A stretch of DNA of 63,953 nucleotides, filler included, from Perkinsus chesapeaki ATCC PRA-425 (GCA_013115145.1; 8 parts of 8 records of this genome joined end to end with filler, not necessarily neighbours in it), one strand, 5' to 3'; counted from the whole stretch's first letter, positions 1-13,351 are shown. Notes: a model not told the origin generated them from the letters alone. A program made the numbers and translations.

Positions 1-777
1 CCACTACCACCTCCCAGGGTATATTGAAGTGGCCGATACTAAACCACCACTACCACCTCCCAGGGTATATTGAGGTGGATCGACACTTCCAACAGAGCAC
101 AGTGATGCCGTCAAACGTACTAAGTGCCGCCCCACGACTGTCTCGGTGTTGGAGTCTACCAGTGGGGGAGACAGGGAAGTCGTCTGAGCCGTAAGAGGTC
201 GAAGAGCGAAAGCATAGAAAAGCCAGTGGCTGTGGGATGGATCATTTTGTGGTTCATGTGGAATGAGGCTCAGTGCCGTTTGATCTCTCACTGCCTGGCA
301 TAACAGACCTGCTGGTCACCAGTGGCCTTAGAATGGAGATTCATATTATCAAATGGCGCAGGTAGCCGCAGCCTCTTCGCCAGTGTCTGTCACGTTCATA
401 CAGAGCGGTTCCATCTCCATCAAGATGCACTTGTCGCATCCTCAATTATTATCGAGAACGATCATTCTTTATCCAAGGCCATCCATGGAAGGTTACACTT
501 AGCTGATAACTGCATCAGGAAATATACGTGCACAGTCTCCGAGAACGAGCTCGACTTCAACGCGGTTCTGCGGCCTCGCGTCGTCGATTTGGGTCTAGAT
601 GGCGCTTCTCACTTCCTTATTCGGTAAATACAGCGAGTCGCTACAGCAATGGTGTGTCGATAATAAAGGACTTTTTCTGATTCATAGAATCGAAGAAAAT
701 CTTTTGTTACCAACAACACAACTCAACCTCAATAAAAAACGAGCCCTTACAAAGCACCCGGACGAGAAATACAAAGC

Positions 778-2681
778 TCAAAAATTTCTCTCTCTCATCT
801 CAATCTCGAGATTCGCCGGCACATACGTGAAGCGGACTTCTCCTCTGACTTCCCCGGCTGCACAGGGGTGGAGCTTTATCTCGTCGAAATATCGTAGAAT
901 AAGCGCCATGATAACAGTTGCCTCTTTCGAAGCCATACTCTGCCCAGGGCATTGTCGTGGACCTCCCCCGAATGCGAGATGATCTCGAACACGAACTAGG
1001 TCGACATTCGAGGTTCCTTCAACGAACCACCGATCGGGTCTAAGGTGAAGATGAAGCAAACTGTCAACACCGTTAATAACTTACTTGAATATCATACCAC
1101 CTTGATAATCTTTTGTCATAGCCTTCCGTGAAAGGGTAGCCACCAGAGTCCCAGCGGGGATTGTAATCCCATCTAGAGAAGCTGTAACAGCGGTCTCGTG
1201 CATGATGAAAGCAGCTGGTGGGCGTAACTGTTCGTTCTAGATCGAAGTTCTATCATCGAACGCACAGGGCGGCTCACCCTTAACGTCTCTTGTATGCATG
1301 CCTGGATAAAAGGCATATTTTCGATGTCCGATATGATTTCTGGATCGTGACCGAGCTCGTCAACCTCTGATCTAGCCTTGGACTGAATATCTGGATTGAT
1401 CGATAAGAAATAGAGACACCAAGCAACAGTCATAGCTGTAGTTTCGCTACCAGCCATTAGGAACCTACAGGGTCCACGCAGTCCAAAAGTAGATACAGGG
1501 GGATCAAAGTCTCGACGGCTCACGTGATGAGGTTTCCTCTGAGATCTTCGTGTTTGAGGCTCAGTAGTTTATCGAGCAGGTCATGCCTATTCCTTTCTCC
1601 TCTCTTGTGTTCATTTCGCCTTTCACTGATCATCTCATCGCATACGGTATTGAGAAACCTTACTCCGGCATGAAGCTAACAGAAAGATGAGGAAGAAGTG
1701 ACTTGATGGTGACTTACATTTTTAATCATAGGATTCAGGTTCCATGGAAATCTATCGCGAGTCATCCAGGGGAAAGCGCTGAGGCGCGCTGCATATCCTG
1801 AACCGTCGAGCGTGTTTATAATTGCCTCTTGGATATCTCGCGATCGGTAGCCGAGGTTCATATCTGAAAGACCGTCTACCAAGTAACTAATAAGTGACTC
1901 AGCACCAGCCTTAAGAAAGTCATAGTCGTGGGAGAAAGTAGTGACGCAGAGCACATCAAGGGTGCAAAGGGGCAGCCATTCCGTTGGGGACCATATTATG
2001 CGACCATCAATACTTAACGAACGCAGTTGATGTATCTAAAGGAGGCCATGCAATCCCCGGTGGGATGGGTCTTACCAGCTTCATGGAGACCCGTGTCATA
2101 TCTGGTATCATCGCATCTGTGTTCTTATCATTGAAGGCCGGGGCGCCCAGACGACGATTACGTTTCCATTCCTCACCCTCTGCACTGAAGATACCGGGAA
2201 CAGGCATTATTCTGTCTTTATTGATAGATCTCATGTAGGTTTTGGGTCGGTCTCTGAGAACTTGATCAACCAACTCTGGACTTGAAACGACAATGATATC
2301 ACTTCCTAGAGACCTAAGGACACGCGGCAGTGAGTGCAAGTGGTCGCTTTCTAGCACACCTTATCGCATAAATATCTCCATATTTATCCGCATACATCTC
2401 CAAAGCTTGAAATAGATCATCAAGAGACCGCGGAAGGAAGCCCAACAAGGGGAAGAACTGATAGGAAGAACGGTGGTGAAGTGGTACTTTACAAGACTTA
2501 CACCACTTGGTCCACCGAAGCGAGTTCTGAAATAAGTCTGTCTTCTCAACGATTTCACAACTTTTAGTATGAGGAATGATGCCGCTCCTACCCCAAGAAT
2601 CAAGGCACCCCGGGACCGTAGTAGAGATCTATACTTGGAGATGAACTCTAGCCCGGCAAAATCGAGAGAGTCCACCGGCAT
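778..2681 (-). CDS. Cytochrome P450, copy 1 (multi-exon, short introns)
   Basis: Hand-spliced exons give an N-terminal hydrophobic anchor (ALILGVGAASFLIL), WKRNRR C-helix, I-helix FLMAGSETT, K-helix ETLR, FKPDRW (PERF region) and heme motif FGGGPRQCPG. GT-AG introns of about 45-60 nt restore one frame. ATG (MPVDSLDF) at 2681. Confidence 0.92.
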
Positions 2682-3638
2682 ATGACAGATCGTGGCGTCT
2701 GGCATCACGGCATGGTGCTTCGCGCCGCCGCCGTGACCCAAGCACGCATACGACGCGCCATCTGAGCGGAAAGTTCCCGCCGAAAATTGTGGCTGTTCGA
2801 GTCCAGTCTCCTTCAGCGGTCGAGCAAATGGGGGTAGTGCGTTACTTTGTCGATATACCAAGCATCGCTGGTACGAATCTAACGAAATAGAGTTCTCTAA
2901 CTAGGAGTAAGGGCATTTTTATGCTTGCCAAGTACGGACGACACTGTTGCCGCCGCCACTCGACACTGCGCGGTTAATCGAAGTTGTGCTGTATATGGGA
3001 TCGGTAGACCAGCTCTCGAATGATCGTAGCCAGTGGTCGAGTGATCATGACACTCAGTGGGCAACGAGAGACTGCGATTGGAAACACGTTCGGTGATAGG
3101 GCGACAGCTTCGCAGACGGACCTACCTCTCATCCAGATGTCCCAATTGGACTCGAGACCTGCAACATGTAGTACAACACGAAATGTCACATAACGGATAA
3201 AATATAGGTTCCCCTTCGAAAGTGCGGTATGCCTTACGCCTCTGTCAATCGTTATCGCAGCTCGCCGTGGGATATTGTATCATACAACTAAAAAGATACT
3301 TCTCCAGGGCAGAAGTTGAGTTTCCCGATGGACCGTTCTTGCTTTAAATATTTCTGCTTGTTCTGCCTGTAGAGCCTTTTCGTAATCAGGTGTGACAGGC
3401 TTGAGGTATCAGGCATCACGTTTGAGGTATTTATGAGACAGCCGGAAGTTCGTCAAGACTTGCTAGGGTGCCAGCGGCCCCTCCACGAACCCGACCGTTG
3501 TTGTTTTCCCAATAAACTCGATACTAGCGCGACGCAAGATTGGCCAGCTCGGCAACCGGAACCAATCAGCTGCAAGGAACTCCAGGGAGCTTCAGGAGGG
3601 ACTTATATCCTTCCTGTTGCTCAGTGTGTCCATTGTCT

Positions 3639-3910
3639 CTATCGATAGTGCCTATTCCTTCGATCCTCTATATCGATAGAGCCTATTCCTTCGACCCTCT
3701 ATATCGATAGAGCCTATTCCTTCGACCCTCTATATCGANNNNNNNNNNNNNNNNNNNNNNNNNNNNNNNNNNNNNNNNNNNNNNNNNNNNNNNNNNNNNN
3801 NNNNNNNNNNNNNNNNNNNNNNNNNNNNNNNNNNNNCGATAGAGCCTATTCCTTCGACCCTCTATATCGATAGAGCCTATTCCTTCGACCCTCTATATCG
3901 ATAGAGCCTA
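3639..3910. repeat. 31 bp minisatellite (cgatagagcctattccttcgaccctctatat)n spanning an N gap
   Basis: Near-identical units on both sides of gap 3739-3836; no spacers. Confidence 0.93.
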
Positions 3911-4852
3911 GTCTATCACTTCTCTATATATTCAGTTTATCTATATTTAGTCTCGAGAGAGTCTACTAGAACCCCAGTAAAGGGCGTTTCAACGACCCGT
4001 GGTCACTTTTAAGAACTTTTCAGCTCATTGCGTCAGCAACATTTAAGCAAAATTTAAAGAAACCTTTGAAGCATCATATCGTTCACGCAGAGGGTTACCT
4101 CAAACTGTCCTCTCGGCACTCTACGGTTTCTCCGGTCGGGATCCTACTCCACTGTCGGAGGCTTCACGATTCGAGAAAATAGCTTCTGAGTTCGGCAAGA
4201 GTTCAGAAGCCCGAACTAGGACTGATAATTTCGGGATTCATATCAACATTTCTTCCCCCTGTTGTTTGAGATGCCTTGCGATGCGCCTCGCCACAGGAGA
4301 GACGCTTCTGCTCGACATTTGGAGCTTGACCCGGTATAAGCCGGCCAACAATAGCGCGCAACCAGACGGACGCGTGAGATCGACCCGCTTGACATTTTAG
4401 TTTATCCTGAGTTGACACCTGTTTTCTCTGGCCTGTCTTTTGAAGGGAGTCTATCGTAATGATTATCGCATTTATTTTAGGCCAGTAGTACCCGTTCGCG
4501 GCGAACTCGTGTTCAGCTGAGGCCTCCACGCATGGTTCGTTGGGTCGACTCCCCGATGGTGGCCTGACCGAAGCCATATCATTGGTAGCCCCCCACCTCG
4601 ATACGAGAATTGTGATAGCCTAACTCAGTATTGTGCTGATCATAAGCACCACTCACACAACAAGATACAAAACCGTTATCGAACTTCACCGTCGTAGTAA
4701 TGTGTTGTCAAGCAAGTTAGGTTTGCGTTTGTATTTTTCCTCTTCTATTCGGCACATGCAACGAGTCCTTACTTCACGGTTGGTTGAAAATGATGAAAGA
4801 TTTCTTTCGATTGGGACAACACAAGTCAAGCTGAACCAAGAAAATACAAAAC

Positions 4853-6750
4853 TCAAAAAATTCTCTCTTTCATTTCGATCTCGAGATTCGTCGGCACATA
4901 TGTGAAATGGGCTTCTCCTCTGACCTCACCGGCTGCACAAGGATGGAGCTTTATCTCGTCAAAATATCGTAGAATGAGTGCCATGATAACAGTTGCCTCT
5001 TTCAAAGCCATACTCTGCCCAGGGCATTGTCGAGGACCTCCTCCGAATGCGAGATGATCTCGAACACGAGCTTGGTCGATATTTGAGGCTCCTTTAACGA
5101 GCCATTGATTGGGCCTAGGGTGAAGATGAAGCAAACTGTCAACACCGTTAATCACTTACTCGAATATCATACCACCTTGATGATCTTTTGTCATAGCCTT
5201 CCGCGAAAGGGTAGCCACCAGAGTCCCAGCGGGGATTGTAGTCCCATCTAGAGAGGCTGCAACAGCGGTCTCGTGCATAAGGAAAACGGCAGACGGGCGT
5301 AGCTGTCAATGACTAATTCTACTAGGTCCAACGCACCGGGCGGCTCACCCTTAACGTCTCTAGTATGCATGCCTGGATACAAGGCATATTCTCGATGTCC
5401 GATATGGTCTCTGGATTATGACCGAGCTCGTCAACCTCTGATCTAGCCTTAGACTGAATATCTGGGTTGATCGATAAGTAATAGAGACACCAAGCAACAG
5501 TCATAGCTGTGGTATCGCTGCCAGCAATCAGGAACCTACAAGAACGTGTTACGAATTCGGTACGACGGGAACGGTATCCGAAATGCGCTTACGTGATGAG
5601 GTTTCCTCTGAGATCTTCCTGTTCGAGGCTGAGTAGTTTGTCGAGCAGGTCACGCCTATTTCGTTCTCCTCTCTTGTGTTCATCTCGCCTTGCACTGATC
5701 ATCTCATCGCATAGGGTATTGAGAAACTTCATGCCCGCGTGAAGCTAACAGAAAGATGAGGAAGAAGTGACTTAATGGTGACTTACCTTTTTAATCATAG
5801 GATTCAGGTTCCATGGAAATCTATCGCGAGTCATCCAGGGGAAAGCGCTGAGGCGCGCTGCATATCCTGAACCGTCGAGCGCATCCATGATGGCATTTTG
5901 GACATCTCGCGATCGGTAGCCGAGGCTCATATCTGAAAGACCGTCTACCAAGTAACTAATAAGTGACTCAGCACCAGCCTTAAGAAAGTCATAGTCGTGG
6001 GAGAAAGTAGTGACGCAGAGCACATCAAGGGTGCAAAGGGGCAGCCATTCCGTTGGGGACCATATTATGCGACCATCAACACTTAACGAACGCAATTGAT
6101 GTATCTAAGGGAGGACATGCAATCCCCGGTGGGATGGGTCTTACCAGCTTCATGGAGACCCGTGTCATATCTGGTATCATCGCATCTGTGTTCTTATCAT
6201 TGAAGGCCGGGGCGCCCAGACGACGATTACGTTTCCATTCCTCACCCTCTGTATTGAACATACCGGGAACAGGCATTATCTTGTCTTTATTGAAAGATCT
6301 CATGTAGGTTTTAGGTCGGTCTCTGAGAACTTGATCAACCAACTCTGGGCTTGAAACGACAATGATATCACTTCCTAGAGACCTAAGGACACGCGGCAGT
6401 GAGTGCAAGTGGTCGCTTTGTGGCACACCTTATCGCATAAATATCTCCATATTTATCCGCATACATCTCCAAAGCTTGAAATAGGTCATCAAGAGACCGC
6501 GGAAGGAAGCCCAACAAGGGGAAGAACTGAGAGGAAGAACGGTGGTGAAGTGGTACTTTACAAGACTTACACCACTTGGTCCACCGAAGCGAGTTCTGAA
6601 ATAAGTCTGTCTTCTCAACGATTTCACAACTTTTAGTATGAGGAATGATGCCGCTCCTACCCCAAGAATCAAGGCACCTCGGGACCGTAGTAGAGATTTA
6701 TACTTGGAGATGAACTCCAGTCCGGTGATGTAAAGAGAGCTCGCCGACAT
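4853..6750 (-). CDS. Cytochrome P450, copy 2 (paralog of 778-2681)
   Basis: Same exon structure as copy 1; FLIAGSDTT, ETLR, FEPNQW, FGGGPRQCPG. ATG (MSASSLYITG) at 6750. Confidence 0.92.
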
Positions 6751-9004
6751 ACGAGAGAACGTGGTAGCTATCAAAGAGGTGTCTGTACGATGGATTGAAC
6801 AACTTCACAGCGTGGCTAGCGTTGCACTACCACGTGCACTTCCACTAGAGCCAGAACTGACTGTGGTAACTGAGTTCCCTTAACTTCAGGTGAAATGATG
6901 GGCCACCGCTGCTGGCACCATGCAATGTATTTATTGTCCTCTTGTAGATTCCCCACAGGTCAATGACTACCTGCAGTCGCGACAGCAGCGTCGGGGCGCG
7001 CTGACCGCGTGTGGCTCGGGTGTGTTGTCAGACCTCAACTGAGAGCTCTGAGAATCTCGTGCTGTTTTCTATGTCGCATACACTGGCTTGTTCCAGCTCG
7101 GTATCTCAAGTCATAGGCACTTTCACCATTTAAAATAGTGTGATTGTGACAATCAGTTTGTCATCAAGCCATGGCGCCGCCGTGACCATGGCACACAAGC
7201 GACGCGCCGTTCGACCGGAAACCGTGGTTGTTCGACTTTAAGCATCTTTGAAGATGGGGAAGAAATGAGGATATTATGTTACTGCGTTAGTATACTAAGC
7301 ATTGCCAGCACGACGCCAACAAGATAGAACTCTCTAACTAGGATTAAGGGCGTCTTTATGTGTGCGGACGGCATCCATCATAAGTTGTGCTGTATATACG
7401 ATCGGTAGACCAGGTCTCGAATGATCGTAGCCTGTGGTCGAGCGGCACTTAGTGAGCAACGTAACTGCGCTTATAGGCACGTTCGGTGGTAGTGCGACCG
7501 CTTCGCCGACCGATCTATTTCTCATCCAGGTGTCCCAATTAGACTCGAGAGCTGCTGCATGCAGTACAATATGATGTCACAACGACATTTATTCTGAAGC
7601 GGGATATGCTATACGCGCCTGCTAATTGTTGGTCTTGCTCGCCATGAGTTGCTCTAAGTAGAGCGTATGAGGGATAACTAGTGTGAGGGTACGTTCCCAG
7701 GGCAGAAGTTGAGTGCCCTGGGAAACTGTATTCCCTTCACTTATTCCTGCTTGCTATGCCCCTAGGCTAATTTTGTAAGCAAGTCAGATGACAATTGTGC
7801 ATTTGGGGTATTTCTGCGACAGAAGGAAGCTGGCCAAGGGTCAGTAGAGTGCCCTAAACCCGGGCGTCGTGTTTCTTTTCCAATAAACTCGATACTACGC
7901 GGCGTAATAGTGCCCTGGCCAGATCGATAACAGAAACCGATCCTCTGGAAGGAAGTATCGGAGACTTGTACATAGAGATTTTTCCCTTTTCTGTTGTTTA
8001 TTGTGTCCAATTCCTTTGAGCCCTATCAAAGGGAGCCTTTCCTTTCTGTATTCTACATCGATAGAGACGATTCGAATCTCAGTGAAGGGTGCTTCAAAGT
8101 GTCGTTTACACTTAATGAGCATTTTTGAAACTCGATACGTGAGCCTCTGTCGACCAAGCTTCGAGGAAGCCTTCTTAAACATCATTCTTGGAAGGCCGAC
8201 GGCGTCCTGGGCGACGTAGTGGGGTGCGGTCAGAGCCGCTAGCCGTCCACCCGGAGGAAGTGTTTAGGCGATCCTTTCGGCTTCCCTCGAAGTATGTCGC
8301 CCCCGATTCCGGGCACCCTGTTTAATATGGCGGAGCTCCTTTCACTGGCTTGCTTTTGTTTCCGTTTACCCGCCTTGTGTTCTGAAGGCCTCAAATGGTG
8401 GTGGTGTGTGATGATGTCTTTACATCTCTATATTATCTGGAGACAGCAGCTTTCAAGGGTTATGCTTGGAGACATCGTCTGGAGATTTTCATCCGAAAAC
8501 ATCGACGTGGTAGTGAGAATCGACTAGAACGAGCTTTGAAAGGGCTAATAGAATCTTGAAACACTCTCCATCATACACATTGACTTAGGTTACTTAGGTC
8601 GTTCCTATGTGACCCTCGTCAGAGAAAGCGTTGCAGTTTCAGAGCGTTGATAGATAGAGATAGGATATTCCTCAGTGGGTATACGGTTGCATAATAAAAG
8701 GCAGCGGCGGGAACTTGTGGACAATGGTTTAAATCTCAAGTCAATCAAGTCAACTTCGGCGCGTGCCATCCATCATGACTTGACTGATACGTAATGAGAG
8801 TGCCCTATTGCATTTTAAGTTGTTGAGCATTGCTCAATGAACAAGTCCTATGGACCATTCAATAGCTCTGGAACGTGCCCCGAACTGTGTTCATTAAGCT
8901 TGCTGAGTGCTTACATGCGATTACGGACGGCTGTAACTCTGGAACAATTCTCTGCGCCAGGGATACGTAAGAGATCTTCTCCCAATACTTCCGGACTCAA
9001 GTCA

Positions 9005-9104
9005 NNNNNNNNNNNNNNNNNNNNNNNNNNNNNNNNNNNNNNNNNNNNTTAATTAATTAANNNNNNNNNNNNNNNNNNNNNNNNNNNNNNNNNNNNNNNN
9101 NNNN
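9005..9104. other. Assembly gap with TTAATTAATTAA linker (same linker near 27787, 36009, 56811, 58683, 60530, 62380)
   Basis: Identical 12-mer with stops in all six frames centred in N runs; an artefact, not genomic sequence. Confidence 0.97.
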
Positions 9105-9105
9105 C

Positions 9106-9177
9106 TTTTACTAATCTGTTCTGGGCTATATTAATTTGATCTTGGCTTTTACTGATTAGATCTTGAAATGGTGTAGT
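9106..9177. repeat. Dispersed repeat of about 72 bp, copy 1 (copy 2 at 58740-58811)
   Basis: ttttactaatctgttctgggctatattaatttgatcttggcttttact(g/a)attagatcttgaaatggtgtagt is present at both sites, each directly after a gap. Confidence 0.9.
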
Positions 9178-10279
9178 ATGCGACACACAGTACCGCTGTA
9201 GTACAAACCGCTACTACGCAAACCGGTCTGAAAATCCCTGTTTGGGCGTAAATTTCCCAGTCTTATGAATACAAGCATGAAATGCAGAAGGGACTGTCGT
9301 GTTTCCCCATTCACCAATATATCTAATAAACGTGAAAGTATCGAGTGTGTAACCCCGCATGACTTCTCTATCCCATTTTCCATTCTTACGTCACCTTTCT
9401 CCGTCATTTCTTTTATTGCCAGCACACTTCTCTATGTAACGATTTTTTGTTTTACCATTGCTCAGAGCCTAATTCGAATATTTTACCATTCGCGATGGTT
9501 GATGAGGCATCCCAAAGAGCTCGCGGAGAGCTTCAAGTTGGTACCTTACTTCACTCGTAACTCTCACGCGCCGAGAAATTATGAGGTGTGGGCCCCTTTT
9601 TCGCATCACTCTGTACGAAAACATCATGACCTGACAAAGAATCTAACTCCGGAAATTCGAAACAATGCTTTGGGAGATACCCCCGATCTGACTTGAAACT
9701 TTAAACATTGTCTTGGACAGTAAGTACCGGTTTTCACCCTCTACTGCAACTCTCCTTCACTGCGACGACGAATCCATGCGAATACCCTTCGACACGTAGC
9801 GGCCGTATAATTGTCCATGTCAACCTACCAGCTGTACAGTATAGATATTACTGCATCCAGACTACTCCGACTCACCCGTGCAGGGAAGACCATACCGGTA
9901 CCATACCCAAGCACAGCTCCTTGTTATGGAGGCCACATAACTCATCATTAGATAACTTGAGGCCCGATATGGAGGGCAGATGTGGAAAAGCTTAGATAGA
10001 GTGTATTTACTGACTACAACCAAAGGCCTACTTCAGCTTTAGATTTTCCCCGTAACAGAGATGTATGACATCATTAGGAATCAGTCTCAGATGCTCTTAT
10101 CCATTACAATGTATCACCATTACCATCGATCATAGTCATCTTCGTCGTAGATGGAATGGCTCGTAGACTTGGAATCCTGTGACTGGCCTGAATCGCTCAA
10201 ATAGCAAACCTTTGGCCCGAGAATACATGAGACAGTGAGCTAATACAAGAATCCTAAATACCTACAGTGTATGTCCGTT

Positions 10280-10789
10280 TCAAATCTGCCTATTGCTGCC
10301 ATAAAATTGAAGACCACAATGTCTAAAAGCCTTCCGGGGACTCCCACGCTTACTCTGGCCATATGGCGTGTTAACCTCCACGGTCACTTCGAGTGTTACA
10401 CAGATGCAATCTGAATCACCGTCCTTGTAACGGCATTTGGCGTTAGAGGCGGCCAATGCAACTAGATTCTTCATGCTACCAGGCACGAGCCGGCATTGCC
10501 TGCCCTTGTTATCATAAACGGATAGCTCAATTTTCTTATATCTGAGTTCGGGCCAAATACTCCGGGCATACTGGTGCAGGTGCGGAGTCTCGTAGTTACC
10601 AACAGGGCCGTAGACTGTGAACTCTCCGCGATAGTTGATCTTATATACGGTCTGCCAGTGAGGAGCGGGCATCAGTAGGTGCTTACCAAGTTCGAGTTGC
10701 AGGTTCCGCCACAGCGAAAACCGGTCTGCACGCATGAACACGTTTTTGACCACAAGCTGCGAGTCGCCACAAAAGCACAGACACCTCAT
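10280..10789 (-). CDS. Hypothetical protein, family A copy 1 (5' end uncertain)
   Basis: 169 aa ORF sharing LGKHL..W(Q/K)T(V/I)YK.NY, ELSVYD(N/S)K and LVPG..K.LV.L.A with the 13352-13742 copy. Confidence 0.5.
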   Translation of the reverse strand: MRCLCFCGDSQLVVKNVFMRADRFSLWRNLQLELGKHLLMPAPHWQTVYKINYRGEFTVYGPVGNYETPHLHQYARSIWPELRYKKIELSVYDNKGRQCRLVPGSMKNLVALAASNAKCRYKDGDSDCICVTLEVTVEVNTPYGQSKRGSPRKAFRHCGLQFYGSNRQI

Positions 10790-10972
10790 TCGCGCCGCAT
10801 CAAGAGTTCACCTCACGGATTTCTTCAAGTCACCAAAGAACTACGAGGTTAGTTTTGAACAGCTACTAATCAGCATCATTAACACGAGCCTTGAATAGCG
10901 GGAATAGTCATTATTTATAGTGATAGCTGTTAGTGTGTTTTAAAGACATACCGAAACTGAACGTGTACCAGA

Positions 10973-12885
10973 ATGAAGTCAGCCTTATTCTCGCCCGGAA
11001 TGCGAAGGGATAGTAGCCAGTGCAACTTGCCAACTAATCCAGCTTTGGTTGCCAACGATTTGCCAGCATTAATATTCACTAAACTCATTAATACGATGGA
11101 TGATTGGAAACGCCTGTACGGCAGCACTCAACTCGGAGTAGCTTATAATAATGGACACAGAACCTGCCAAGATCAGATTAAGTATCCGAATACCACCAAA
11201 TATAAAACAGCATTTGTGAGATTGAACAGGGAAAAGAAAGGTAAGCAGTTTACTCTTCGAATGTAGAGGCAAGGTGTTGGTCTGGCCAACTTGGCCACCA
11301 CCCCAAACAGAGTTTCAATGCTTATCTCGATGCCTTGAACATGAGGCAGATGGAGTCTGCTGCTATCCATAGTACCAAGACGGAGCTGTCTAGACGGCTT
11401 CGGTGGGAGTATGAAGGATTCCTCAGCTGAATTGCTAATAGTGCGGAAGTGAGAGCCTTGCGGGAATTACCCATAGCATCACGTCATCAACAGATGAAAC
11501 AACAAATTAATCAAATCGCAGCAGGCAACCGGCTGAACTAGGTGCTGAGAAGCTCTTAGTTTCCCTCTGCCTAGCTTAGTTATTAACATACGAAACTTAG
11601 CTAGCAATACTCGACACCGCGGAGACAGATGAGCAACGCATCGATGAAGATACAGGATATGACCTACACTGGTGGTATCGGTAAGTGATGATATCCGACC
11701 CGACCTGCCATGACGAATTTGTACAAGACTTCTTCCCCGTAGAGATGCTCCACTGGTAATACTTGTGCCACTACTAACCTCCCATTCATCACTCAGAGCC
11801 TGGCGACAAAGATGCACATTTGTTCAAGACCTTCCCCGAAACCCATTAGGTCGGATTGTATATTAGATGTTTTGATATACATCACAGTATAGTTCGACCA
11901 CATGAGCTGAGTCTCGTGACACTCAACCGTCGCAGCCGAGACGTGCAATGTTATAGTTCATTGCTTGGCATCAATAATACTACTTAGTCTCGGTCATTCC
12001 CACTGAACTAGAACCCGCCGTGCGTCATCACTTCGTTCTAATAATGGACTGGGGAGGAGTAAAGTGGACAGAGTGGCACCGGCGACATACCAGTACGACT
12101 CTTCTATCGGTTGTCGCGTACCTCTGGTGGTGGAAGACGTGATATTGAAAACCAAAATAGGAGTGTCTGGTGATGTCCTTGCTGATTTGAGGTTTATGAA
12201 GAACGATGGTACAAACGCTGATATATCCGACCTCAAGTTGAATGAGTTACCCCCCAGGAAATGCAAAAACCGGCACAAACAGGATATTAAGGACTACATA
12301 TGTTACCGTGTAGGTGATCTCAAGGACAAATCAGAGTTCCACCGATTAGCCCTCGATCTGAGCGGAACTATCAACCATTTCCGACCTTCTTTTACTCGAT
12401 TGCTTCTAGACCCCAACAGCGTTGTCGATGGACGCTATTCCCGAGGGTTCTTATATTTAGGGAAGAACGTTGAAGGCCTAGGAAAGCTCGATCCTCATTT
12501 CGTGATACCGATGAAACTACAAGCTCTTGATTCGCCGATTGCCACTGAATTTTGGAATCGACTTGATACACCAGGGGTTCGGGCCAGATCTGACTCTGGA
12601 GAATTAACCCTATTAAAGGCCCCTAAGATGGGAGAGATGATATCTGTGCAAGAGCAGCAAAACTCGCATGCTCCGCAGGATGAACCTTTGAATCCTTCCA
12701 CTCACTCCCGAGGGAGGCCAGATGGAGACATCGGAAATGCGCAAGGAGAGCAGAGCCCAAAGCTGGTTGATCTACAGGATGCTATTCAAGGACTTTTAGA
12801 GCTCGGCACTCGACCACCAAAGAGGCACGCCGAGGAGCTCGATGACACATTGACGCCTTTGAAGAAGCGACTGCTTAAGGAGTGA
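10973..12885 (+). CDS. Hypothetical multi-exon gene (large last exon about 12012-12885, basic NLS-like C-terminus PLKKRLLKE)
   Basis: Open exon-like segments bounded by GTAAG donors (about 11241, 11681) and YAG acceptors; 273+ aa terminal ORF. Middle exons could not be joined unambiguously. Confidence 0.45.
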
Positions 12886-13351
12886 TAATGTCGTATGTAG
12901 CCTATTAAACATGATATCTTTAGGATGTGTATTGCTGCTGTTATTCATGAACTTATTCATGTTGTTGTTGTAAAGTTGTTCTGGTTCACCTTATACGATT
13001 AGACGCATGCAAGGTTGATTCTTCGTACACAATCTCGCAAGCTACCTGGCGAGGATCTTAAGCTCCCAAGCCGGTCTTCACGAACATGGTCGATCTTGTG
13101 TACCTCAAGTTGGGACAGAAATTCCGATTTCAGAAGCCTATCCCATTCTCAGGAGTCGCGGAATGACTTTAAAGGATCGAGAGCACTTGGAGCTACTCGT
13201 CGTCGCATTCCATCCCGCTCACCTTCATCGGTGCTACACAACCGTTTTCTCTTCTAAGCCACGGTGATCGCCATCCCGGGGCATTAATCGGTGATGGTGT
13301 TTCAAAAACCGCAGGGCCACGAAACTAATACCTGCGCTTATCCTAGGCGGC

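Larger units (their letters stand above)
700..7910. repeat. Tandem segmental duplication (about 700-3560 vs about 4800-7910) carrying the P450 and its upstream region
   Basis: Exons and introns align closely between copies. Upstream non-coding DNA also aligns, e.g. cacgttcggtgatagggcgacagcttcg (about 3085) vs cacgttcggtggtagtgcgaccgcttcg (about 7479), and ccaataaactcgatacta at about 3509 and about 7880. Confidence 0.85.

Noticed and set aside
1984-2238. Plus-strand ORFs over the P450 genes (also 6053-6307 and 5509-5742) and other antisense ORFs over JmjC, GUF1, the mucin and the retroelements
   Set aside because: Shadow frames of well-supported genes on the opposite strand.
9049-9060. Recurrent TTAATTAATTAA motif
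   Set aside because: Always centred in N runs; a scaffolding linker. ORF ends at these linkers (e.g. 56815) are artefacts.
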